NCBI GenBank assembly: GCA_963676835.2
Contig: CAXXFF010000002.1
Coordinates: forward strand, 1,875,465-1,939,464
DNA from: Marispirochaeta sp.
GTDB lineage: Bacteria > Spirochaetota > Spirochaetia > JC444 > Marispirochaetaceae
DNA: 64,000 nt
Reading direction: 5' to 3'
The notes below the pieces were generated by a model. That model was not told the origin of the DNA and made no database searches. It worked only from the letters and a program-made list of their open reading frames with translations. Of the stretch, positions 1 to 8,057 are shown piece by piece (within the stretch, counting starts at the first letter, position 1; each line of letters begins with the position of its first letter). The translations under genes were made by a program, and so were the position numbers.

Positions 1-265
1 GATTTCACATCTATTAAACAGCAAGCCACATGAGCAGCAGGCGTACAAATCCTGCCTTGGTGTGCTGAACCTGGCAAAGGATGCCGGATCACACCGGCTG
101 AACTGGGCCTGCCGACGTGCGTTGAACTACTCGAGAATCAGTTATCGGGATGTTCGTGCATATCTGGATGAAATCATGCGACAAGAAAAGGATGAACAGC
201 AGAACAAACAGGTGTTTCTCTTCGCCGATCACAAGAACCTGCGGGATTCTGCAATCTACAAATGA
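1..265 (+). CDS. istA: IS21-family transposase IstA, C-terminal part (truncated by window edge)
   Basis: Frame open from position 2: ...HEQQAYKSCLGVLNLAK...RLNWACRRAL, typical IstA C-terminus; directly upstream of istB. Confidence 0.85.
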   Translation, partial: ISHLLNSKPHEQQAYKSCLGVLNLAKDAGSHRLNWACRRALNYSRISYRDVRAYLDEIMRQEKDEQQNKQVFLFADHKNLRDSAIYK

Positions 266-273
266 GGTAACCG

Positions 274-1014
274 ATGAATAATAATCAGGCGACAATCAAC
301 AAGATGACCGAGATGCGTCTCCACGGAATGGTACAGGCCTTCCGTACACTGCAGGAGACCGGACGCCATATGGATCTTACAACCGATGAGGTTATCAGCT
401 ACCTTGTCGACTCAGAATGGGATGAGAAACACAATCGCCGACTGGCGCGCCTTGCCAATGCGGCCCGTTTCCGCTATAAGGCAGCGATTGAAGATATCGA
501 CTATACCTTCGACCGGAATCTGGACAAAAACCAGATCTTAAGACTTGCAGCCTGCTCCTGGATATCCCGGGGGCAGGACCTGCTCATCACGGGTCCGACC
601 GGAGGAGGAAAAAGTTTTCTTGGATCGGCTTTCGGACATCAGGCATGTCAGTATGGGTATACCGTCGCTTACTTTTCCACAACGCGTTTATTCAATGAAA
701 TAGCGGCGGCAAGGGATGATGGAACCTACCTGAAGCACTTGTCACGCATAATGAAAAACAAGCTGGTCATTATCGATGACTTCGGTCTGGAACCGCTGGA
801 GCATACTGCACGGATGGCATTTCTTGAAATCCTTGAAGATCGACACCGGAGAAAATCTACGATAGTGATCGCCCAACAGCCGGTAGAAAACTGGCACAGC
901 ATTATCGGTGACCCCACGATTGCCGATGCCATAATGGACCGTCTTGCCTTTCATTCTCATAGAATTGTAATAACCGGGGACTCGGTAAGGAGGAAACTCT
1001 ATGCTGTAGATTGA
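274..1014 (+). CDS. istB: IS21-family helper ATPase IstB
   Basis: Walker A GPTGGGKS, Walker B LVIIDDFG, DPTIADAIMDRL motif. Confidence 0.95.
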   Translation: MNNNQATINKMTEMRLHGMVQAFRTLQETGRHMDLTTDEVISYLVDSEWDEKHNRRLARLANAARFRYKAAIEDIDYTFDRNLDKNQILRLAACSWISRGQDLLITGPTGGGKSFLGSAFGHQACQYGYTVAYFSTTRLFNEIAAARDDGTYLKHLSRIMKNKLVIIDDFGLEPLEHTARMAFLEILEDRHRRKSTIVIAQQPVENWHSIIGDPTIADAIMDRLAFHSHRIVITGDSVRRKLYAVD

Positions 1015-1142
1015 CGCAAAACGGACACCTGATCATACTGAAGACGAGGATTTACTTCCTTCAGGCAGCTGTCCGTTTTCCGCCGGAATCACTGTCCGAA
1101 ATCATCGGAATACACATAACTGTAAACTAATGTCCTGACTTG

Positions 1143-1238
1143 AAAAAAGCCCCAATCTTTTGAATGGAACAAAAACTGAAGCCGAAGGGCTGGGCCAGCG
1201 GTTTGCAAAGCAACACCGCGAACCAAGTCAGCGGCAGG
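1143..1238. repeat. ~95 bp imperfect direct repeat, second copy at 5547-5645
   Basis: Shared core gaatggaacaaaaactgaagccgaagggctgggccagcggtttgc at both sites. Confidence 0.85.
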
Positions 1239-1611
1239 ATGGCGCGAAGCTGAGCAGTCCATGGATGGACAAAAGCGAAGCCGGGCGGCAAACCTTAAGG
1301 CAATAATTATATTCATCCCTTTTCCATTGCTTTCCACGACCGCACTACATAGACCGATCGACTGCTCCGCTGATGCAGATGATTGAAATTCCAATAACAT
1401 AACATTATTTGACTGGATACGGTTTATCAGGTTTTAAAAATGTTCCAAAAATCTACATGTAATCCGGCAGATTCTAAAAAAATTGGAAGAGAGAATGCAA
1501 TTCTTCTCGGGGTAGGTGTAGCTTGACCATAAATTGTAGATTGTATACATTGTGTCGACATGTAGTAGTGATAGAATTGGTAAATGAAGAATCGTGCAGA
1601 AGGAGATAATC

Positions 1612-2781
1612 ATGAAAATTACGGAAATAGAAACTTTTATATTACGGGTACCTTTAAAAGGAAAAACCTTTCTTTCCTCCCAGTGTTCCTTCCCGGAACG
1701 TAACAGCCTTCTGGTTAAAATAACTACAGATAACGGCCATATCGGCTGGGGAGAGGGTGGCCAGTACGGACCACCGGAACCGGTTAAGGCTTGCATCGAT
1801 CATGTTCTTGGCCCCCGATTGCTGGGTCAGGATCCCATGAACCGGGTTGTGCTCTCCGAGCAGATGTATGCGGCAACTCGCGATTTTGGTCAGCGGGGGC
1901 CTTATATTGAAGGTATCAGTGCGCTGGATATTGCCATGTGGGACATTGCCGGCAGATATCTGAATCAGCCTGTAAGCGTCCTTCTCGGCGGTGCCTACCG
2001 GGAAAGTATTTCCGCTTATGCTACAGGAGGCTACTATCCGATTGCGGATTTTGAAGATGGAAAAGTCGACTACGAATCACTACGGTCCGAGGCTGAGGGG
2101 TATCTGAGAAAGGGCTTTACCATGATTAAAATGAAGATAGGACTCCTGTCTCTGGAGGAAGATTATAACCGGGTTAAGACGATTCGGGATGTTGTCGGCC
2201 AGGATTTTAAAATCATGATCGACTGTAACCATGCCTATAACGCAGCATCAGCCGCAAAAATGATCCGTCTCCTGGAGTCGCTGAAGATCGAGTTTCTGGA
2301 AGAACCTGTGCCTCCTGAGGACCTTACAGGATATTCACGGCTCCGTGAGTGGTCTCCAATTCGTATTGCCGGGGGGGAATGTTTTTATACCGGCTACGAT
2401 TTTCGTACAACTCTGGAGAAAGGGGCAGTAGATATTCTGCAGCCTGATATCTGTGTAACCGGTGGGTTTACAGAATTCTTGAAAATTCGTTCTCTCGCGT
2501 TTGTGTATAACACCATGCTAATACCCCATGTCTGGGGATCTGGAATTGCCTTTGCCGCTGCACTCCAGGCGATAAGCACAATTCCGGCGTTTCCATACAC
2601 CGCTAATAATGTTCCCCTGCAGAATGTTCCCATGGTAGAATTTGATCAAAGCCCCAATCCTCTACGGGATGAACTTCTGGTGGAAAAGTTTGTATTGGAG
2701 GAGGGGAAGGTGGCGGTTCCCTGTAGAGCGGGGCTTGGAGTTACCATTGATCCGGATGTACTTGAGAAATATGCAGTGTGA
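1612..2781 (+). CDS. Mandelate racemase/MLE-family enolase, similar to D-galactarolactone cycloisomerase (Gci)
   Basis: GWGE, RDFGQRG, AYATG, KMKIG, DCNH, EEP, GGE, PHVWG, EFD..PNP motifs; AGGAG RBS before ATG 1612. Confidence 0.85.
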   Translation: MKITEIETFILRVPLKGKTFLSSQCSFPERNSLLVKITTDNGHIGWGEGGQYGPPEPVKACIDHVLGPRLLGQDPMNRVVLSEQMYAATRDFGQRGPYIEGISALDIAMWDIAGRYLNQPVSVLLGGAYRESISAYATGGYYPIADFEDGKVDYESLRSEAEGYLRKGFTMIKMKIGLLSLEEDYNRVKTIRDVVGQDFKIMIDCNHAYNAASAAKMIRLLESLKIEFLEEPVPPEDLTGYSRLREWSPIRIAGGECFYTGYDFRTTLEKGAVDILQPDICVTGGFTEFLKIRSLAFVYNTMLIPHVWGSGIAFAAALQAISTIPAFPYTANNVPLQNVPMVEFDQSPNPLRDELLVEKFVLEEGKVAVPCRAGLGVTIDPDVLEKYAV

Positions 2782-2802
2782 ACGGTTATGGTTAAGCCTG
2801 GT

Positions 2803-3456
2803 CTATGACTGGTACCGGATTAATGCATCCCGGGTGTTACGGATATGCAGACGCATGGCACTCTCGGCTGCTTCCGGTCCGGTCCGCAGCCCCTGTAATA
2901 TTTGAAGGTGTTCGACGTAGGATTCTTCAATCCGCTTCGGAATCAAGGCCGCATCCCTGTGCTCCTTGTCGAGAAGAGTCCGGTAGTTATTCAGAATTTC
3001 CTTTATACGCCTGTTCTGGGAGATTTCTATAATCAGGCGGTGAAGTTTTTCTCCGGCTTCTTCGGCAGCACTCTGGAAAATGGAAATTTCTGATTCAATG
3101 CGTGCGGCAGTGAACTGTACTTCAAGTTCTGCAAGCAGTTCTGGCGATAATCTTCCGGCAGACAAAGAGGCTGCCATGCCTTCAATGGCTTCACGGATCT
3201 GAAACAGCTCAATGATATCGTGTAGGCTTATCCGACGGATGAATGCACCTTTGCGGGGAATTATCTCGACGATTCCCTCCTTCTCAAGCTGGAGAAATGC
3301 TTCCCGCACCGGAGTTCGGCTAATTTGCAGCCGGGTGGAGATTTCAACCTCGTTGAGTGGATCCCCCTGGTTCAGTTCGTTTGCCAGGTAGAGTGAGGAG
3401 AGATGGTCGTAGACCTGCTGTTTCAGGGATTGTGGCTTTCTGTTTTCAGGCAGCAT
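2803..3456 (-). CDS. GntR-family (FCD) transcriptional regulator
   Basis: SRTPVREA wHTH; REAIEG and EH..I FCD motifs. Confidence 0.9.
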   Translation of the reverse strand: MLPENRKPQSLKQQVYDHLSSLYLANELNQGDPLNEVEISTRLQISRTPVREAFLQLEKEGIVEIIPRKGAFIRRISLHDIIELFQIREAIEGMAASLSAGRLSPELLAELEVQFTAARIESEISIFQSAAEEAGEKLHRLIIEISQNRRIKEILNNYRTLLDKEHRDAALIPKRIEESYVEHLQILQGLRTGPEAAESAMRLHIRNTRDALIRYQS

Positions 3457-3510
3457 TTTTTCGTGTATATTCCTCTCAATCTGACATTAAAAATGCCTGA
3501 TAGAAACTAT

Positions 3511-4116
3511 TTATACCACATTTGCGCGCAGAGATCGAATCGCGGCCTCAATATCACCGACTTCCACTGCTTTTAGAATATTTTGATGCTCAGTTACCCT
3601 GTGATTTAGATCACGCAAACTTGAATAGCTGGGAATAGTCCTGTTTCGTACCATTTCCCACAGATTAAGCACATGATCTTCCGGGTGAAGAACAATAAAG
3701 AACCGGTGAAAGCTGATATCAGTTTCAATATACTCATCCAGATTATCATTATTGGCAGCCGATTCCATCCCGGATAATATTTCTTTCCAGGCAGGAAGAT
3801 AGTTTTCCTTCAGATTCTGCCATACCTTGCGAAGCACAAACTCCTCAATTTCAAGACGAATATGAATAATAAGATCCACAACCTCCTGTTCTGGTGATCC
3901 TGCTACCTTTGTTCCTACATTGGGGGTCATTTCCACTATGCCCTCCCGCATAAGCAGCTGCAGGGCCGCACGGATTGTCCCCCTGCTTACTTCAAAGCGG
4001 TCTGAAAGCTGCTGCTCTTTTAGCAGAGTGTTCCGCGGGAGGCTCCCGGAGAGTATCTCTATGCGTATTCTATACGCTATCTGTTCAGAGATGGTTCTGT
4101 AAATACCTCGTGCCAT
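3511..4116 (-). CDS. GntR-family (FCD) transcriptional regulator
   Basis: VSRGTIRAAL wHTH; D..FH and EH..I FCD motifs. Confidence 0.9.
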   Translation of the reverse strand: MARGIYRTISEQIAYRIRIEILSGSLPRNTLLKEQQLSDRFEVSRGTIRAALQLLMREGIVEMTPNVGTKVAGSPEQEVVDLIIHIRLEIEEFVLRKVWQNLKENYLPAWKEILSGMESAANNDNLDEYIETDISFHRFFIVLHPEDHVLNLWEMVRNRTIPSYSSLRDLNHRVTEHQNILKAVEVGDIEAAIRSLRANVV

Positions 4117-4195
4117 ATAATTCCTTCCTGATGGATTAAATTACCCTGTTAAAGCGAGGTTGTCTATCTTAATGCTAATTGACAATTGTTGACAA

Positions 4196-4224
4196 TTGAC
4201 AATAGGGGCATGCTGTAATAGTAT
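4196..4224 (+). promoter_or_regulatory. Sigma70-type promoter for the 4254 enolase
   Basis: TTGACA (4196-4201)-N17-TAGTAT (4219-4224), then AAGGAG RBS. Confidence 0.6.
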
Positions 4225-4253
4225 TTCCTGAGAACAAACTAAGGAGATAAACT

Positions 4254-5399
4254 ATGAAAATTGTAAGTGTTGAGGCATTCCCTGTGGAATTTCCCCTGAA
4301 GGTTCCTTCCCGGGATGCCACCGGAATATGGAACAGCTGGAATACGGTTATTATTAAAATCACCGCAGCTGATGGAACCTGCGGCTACGGAGAAGCTGGC
4401 CCTATACACGGCGGTGGAATCCCCATTTTCACAGCCATTGTTGAGCACAGACTGGCTGGGCTTCTCTTGGGGGAAAACCCTTTTGACCGAGAGCGGATCT
4501 ATGAAAAACTTCTCGGCAGAGGATCAGGTGCCTATGCTCTCGGTCAAAAAGGAGCTATTGTCACCGCAATAGCTGGAGTAGATATTGCTTTGTGGGACCT
4601 CACTGGAAAGATCCTGAAAACACCGGTCTACAACCTTCTCGGAGGCTGTGTTTATGAAAAAATTCCCGCATATGCCTCTGGTTTCTTTGGCAAAGACGGG
4701 AGGGCGCTTACTGCGGAAGAGTGCGCAGAAGAAGCCAGGTGTTATGTTGATCAGGGGTTCAAAGGTGTTAAGATGAAGGTCGGTTTCGGGCGGGATCGCG
4801 ACCTTAAGAACCTGGCAGCAGTTCGTAAAGCTCTGGGACCGGATCTGGGCATTATGGTGGATGCCAACCAGAGCTATTCTTATCATGATGTTCTGAAAAC
4901 AGCCAATGAGCTTGCAGCATTTGATCTTACTTTTCTTGAAGAACCTCTTCCCATTAACGATCTGGATGGTATGGCATCCCTGGTGCAGAATACTGCAACC
5001 CCCATCGCTGCAGGCGAGAATTATTATACCCGGTACGAGTTTCGGGAAGTGATAGCACGACGAGCAGTAAATATTATTCAGCCGGATATTATTCATGCCG
5101 GAGGTATCGCAGAAACAAAAAAGGTCGCATCCATGGCACTGGCCCATAATATACCCCTGGCGCCTCACATTCATGCGACAGTCGGTGTCCCTGCAAGCAT
5201 CCATCTACTTGCCTCATGTTCAAATACTCTCGCCGCGGAATATATTACCTCCGGCGGTTCCTATGACCTGCGGCTTGCCATGTTCGGAGATTGCTGCCTT
5301 GTGGATAAAGACGGATATGTTCCCGTACCTCAGGAGCCGGGGCTTGGCATACGGATGAACGAGGAGATCTTTGAAAGATTTAGGCCGAAGAAAAAATAG
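4254..5399 (+). CDS. Mandelate racemase/MLE-family enolase (acid-sugar dehydratase-like)
   Basis: GYGE, DIALWD, KMKVG, DAN, EEP, GEN, QPD, PGLG motifs. Confidence 0.9.
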   Translation: MKIVSVEAFPVEFPLKVPSRDATGIWNSWNTVIIKITAADGTCGYGEAGPIHGGGIPIFTAIVEHRLAGLLLGENPFDRERIYEKLLGRGSGAYALGQKGAIVTAIAGVDIALWDLTGKILKTPVYNLLGGCVYEKIPAYASGFFGKDGRALTAEECAEEARCYVDQGFKGVKMKVGFGRDRDLKNLAAVRKALGPDLGIMVDANQSYSYHDVLKTANELAAFDLTFLEEPLPINDLDGMASLVQNTATPIAAGENYYTRYEFREVIARRAVNIIQPDIIHAGGIAETKKVASMALAHNIPLAPHIHATVGVPASIHLLASCSNTLAAEYITSGGSYDLRLAMFGDCCLVDKDGYVPVPQEPGLGIRMNEEIFERFRPKKK

Positions 5400-5452
5400 C
5401 TGGTAATCAATATTGCTGATAAAAAGGTTCAACTCTTAGCACTGGAATGATC

Positions 5453-5722
5453 GGCCAGCGGTTTGCGAAGCAACACCGCGAGCCCGAGATTGTGGCAGGG
5501 TTTTCTGAAGGAAAATCCCGAGAACAAGCGAAGGAAGCCCGACTACAAAAAAAGCCCCATTCTTTCGAATGGAACAAAAACTGAAGCCGAAGGGCTGGGC
5601 CAGCGGTTTGCCGAAGGCAACACCGCGAGCCGAGTCAACGGCAGGGTTTTCCCGGAGGGAAAATCCCGAGAGTTGACGAAGAAGCCCGAAAAAGAAAAGG
5701 GTTCCGCTCTTTCGAACGGAAC
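5453..5722. repeat. Two imperfect tandem ~145 bp units downstream of tRNA-Pro
   Basis: ggccagcggtttgc..gcaacaccgcgagcc..ggcagggtttt..aaaatcccgaga..aagcccga starts at 5453 and again at 5598. Confidence 0.75.
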
Positions 5723-5740
5723 CCTTTTCTTTTTCGGGCT
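5683..5740. terminator. 24-bp perfect inverted repeat (terminator-like) overlapping the tRNA 3' end
   Basis: agcccgaaaaagaaaagggttccg / cggaacccttttctttttcgggct with a 10-nt loop. Confidence 0.65.
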
Positions 5741-5807
5741 GGGCGGATTTGAACCGCCGACCCCTTGTCCCCCAGACAAGTACGCTAAACCACTGCGCTA
5801 CAGCCCG
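5734..5807 (-). tRNA. tRNA-Pro (GGG), CCA not encoded
   Basis: Minus strand CGGGCTGTAGCGCAGTGGTTTAGCGTA CTTGT-CTGGGGG-ACAAG GGGTCGGCGGTTCAAATCCGCCCAGCCCGA folds as a cloverleaf. Confidence 0.97.
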
Positions 5808-5958
5808 ATGTGAGCACCAAAATAGCACAATGGCAGAAGGAATGTCAACTCATTACAGCAGGCAAATTGTATCTCCCTTCTTCCTGACTTTTTACCTTTG
5901 TCTTTACCTCAGAAGAGTATACTGGTAGACTTTGGTTTAACCTGAATGGGAGAAAAGT

Positions 5959-7134
5959 ATGTCCCGTAAATATGTTGATTTCCTTCAAACCGTTTCATTT
6001 TTCAGTCACCTGGATACCCAATATCTTGAAGAACTTGCCCGCTACTGCCGGGAGACCATATACAAGCCGGGAGAGCTGATTTTCCGGGAAGGGGATATTG
6101 CCGACCGCTTTTTTATTCTCATGGAAGGCCAGGTTGAGGTCTGGAAGAATTACGACAGCCCCAGTGCGGATCTGCTTACAGTCCATGGTCCGGGTAAACC
6201 CTTCGGCGAAATGGCGCTTGTTGATTCTCTTCCCCGGTATGCCACCCTCAGAGCCCGGGTTGAATCAACTACCCTGGCTGTGCATGAAGATGACTTTATG
6301 ACCCTTATTAGTGAGAACTCCGCGGTGGCCCTTGCTGTTATCAGGTCTCTTTCGGCCATGGTGCGGAGATCTAACGACAGTCTTCTTGAAGACCTCAAAA
6401 ACCGTAACCAGGAGCTGGAATTCGCAGTTCGGGAACTCAGAGAAGCCCAGGATCAGCTTATCCGGCAGGAACGCTTAAGCAACCTGGGGAAGTTCTCATC
6501 CATGATTCTCCACGATATCCGTAACCCTATTTCCATTGTTCAGGGCTACGCCGAAATCCTCAAAAGGTCTGAAGATCTTCCTGAAAAATATATCGAATAT
6601 GCGGAGAATATCATCAGTGAGTCCGACCGGCTGGCAGGGCTTGCCAATGAGTTTCTGGACTATTCCAGAGGGGAAATCCGCCTTGATTTTTCTCCTGTAG
6701 AGCTGGAACCCTTTATTCATAAGCTTGAATCGGTGGTGCGGCGCCGTTTTGGTTCCAAAAAAGCCGAGCTTAAGTTTGAGGTTGAGGGAATCCGCACTGC
6801 AATATTTGATTCAGCCCGTATTTTTCGGGTGCTGGTTAATCTCACAGAAAATGCCCGTAAAGCCATGAGCCGGGAAGGGGAGCTTCTCGTACGCTTCGAT
6901 ACCACCGATGAGTCTTTAAGGATTCTGGTTAAAGATTCAGGCGAAGGGATGAGCGAAGAGGTTGTAAAGCATGTGTTTGAGCCCTTCTATTCTTCATCCA
7001 GTCAGGGGGGAACCGGCCTTGGTATGCTTATCGTAAAGAATATTATCGATGCCCATCATGGGGATATCCTTATCTCATCCACCCCTGGTGAAGGTACGGA
7101 AATCACCATCCATCTCCCCTTGAGAAAGGTATAG
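5959..7134 (+). CDS. Soluble histidine kinase with N-terminal cyclic-nucleotide-binding domain
   Basis: cNMP domain (IFREGD, FGEMAL..PRYAT); H-box LHDIRNP; N-box NLTENA; DSGEG, FEPF, GTGLG. Confidence 0.92.
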   Translation: MSRKYVDFLQTVSFFSHLDTQYLEELARYCRETIYKPGELIFREGDIADRFFILMEGQVEVWKNYDSPSADLLTVHGPGKPFGEMALVDSLPRYATLRARVESTTLAVHEDDFMTLISENSAVALAVIRSLSAMVRRSNDSLLEDLKNRNQELEFAVRELREAQDQLIRQERLSNLGKFSSMILHDIRNPISIVQGYAEILKRSEDLPEKYIEYAENIISESDRLAGLANEFLDYSRGEIRLDFSPVELEPFIHKLESVVRRRFGSKKAELKFEVEGIRTAIFDSARIFRVLVNLTENARKAMSREGELLVRFDTTDESLRILVKDSGEGMSEEVVKHVFEPFYSSSSQGGTGLGMLIVKNIIDAHHGDILISSTPGEGTEITIHLPLRKV

Positions 7135-7136
7135 CA

Positions 7137-8057
7137 ATGGCTAAGAAGAACAGTAACCAGCCTCTGTTGATTCTTGTTGGCGGGCTTGTCCTGGTGCTGG
7201 CCATGATAACCGGTTTGACCAATGTTGATGTCGATTCCATGCTAGACAGCATAACCAGTACTATAAGTGAAGCTGCAGGGGGGAGTTCCGGAAACAGTTC
7301 GGAAAATGTTGACCGGGGTAAGAGTTCAGACCTGTCCGGTTCTCTTGGTGATGATATTGCTGCCTTTCTCAAAAATCCCGAATCCCTTGCTCTGCCTCCG
7401 GAACTTCCGGGCGTACTGCTTACCCGGGAAGGATTTATCGTTGTCTACAGTATGGATTATATGGTGCCGCTGTGGGTTGGCTATGAGCTGACCGGGGAGG
7501 AGGTGGAAGGGGATCTTCCTCGTGAGGATGGTTTCCGGAAGGATCCTGAACTTGGTTCTGACGCACCTTCTTCTGCGGATTATACCGGTACAGGTTATGA
7601 CCGGGGCCATATGATTCCCGCAGCGGATGCTAAATGGTCACAGGACGCCATGGAAGACAGTTTTCTCATGTCAAATGTAGTGCCGCAGATTCCCGAACTA
7701 AACAGGGGAAGCTGGAAAGATCTGGAAGAAGCAATACGAAATCTGGCTCTTGATGAGAAGTCTCTTATTGTAATCACCGGACCGGTTATTGCAGATAAAG
7801 AATATCCTGTACTCGGTGATTCCGGAGTTATTGTTCCCGAGTATTTCTTTAAAGTAATTCTGGACTACTCCGAACCCGGAGTTTCCGCCTGGGGATTTAT
7901 ATTCCCCAACAGGGAAGAGGCTCTGGAAGGCCGGAAATACTCGGATTTTATGTTTTCTATTGATCAGGTAGAACAGTACACCGGCTACGATTTCTTTGCT
8001 CCCCTCCCGGACGAAATGGAAGATGCCCTGGAGAAGAGCAAAGGTCCTGTATTCTAA
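7137..8057 (+). CDS. DNA/RNA non-specific endonuclease (NucA/EndoG family), N-terminal membrane anchor
   Basis: YDRGHMIP, F.MSNVVPQ...NRG.W..LE motifs. Confidence 0.93.
   Translation: MAKKNSNQPLLILVGGLVLVLAMITGLTNVDVDSMLDSITSTISEAAGGSSGNSSENVDRGKSSDLSGSLGDDIAAFLKNPESLALPPELPGVLLTREGFIVVYSMDYMVPLWVGYELTGEEVEGDLPREDGFRKDPELGSDAPSSADYTGTGYDRGHMIPAADAKWSQDAMEDSFLMSNVVPQIPELNRGSWKDLEEAIRNLALDEKSLIVITGPVIADKEYPVLGDSGVIVPEYFFKVILDYSEPGVSAWGFIFPNREEALEGRKYSDFMFSIDQVEQYTGYDFFAPLPDEMEDALEKSKGPVF

Larger units (their letters stand above)
1..1116 (+). mobile_element. IS21-family insertion sequence, right part
   Basis: istA/istB followed by terminal repeats ctgtccgttttccgccggaatca/ctgtccgaaatcatcggaata ending in ...CA at 1116 (reverse complement TGTGTATTCCGATG..., typical IS21 end). 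Confidence 0.85.

Noticed and set aside
1089..1400. 103-aa minus-strand ORF
   Set aside because: It spans the IS end and a repeat copy and has no recognisable domain
5436..5828. ORFs 5436-5828, 5463-5813 and 5543-5779
   Set aside because: They overlap tRNA-Pro and repeat DNA and have no protein motifs
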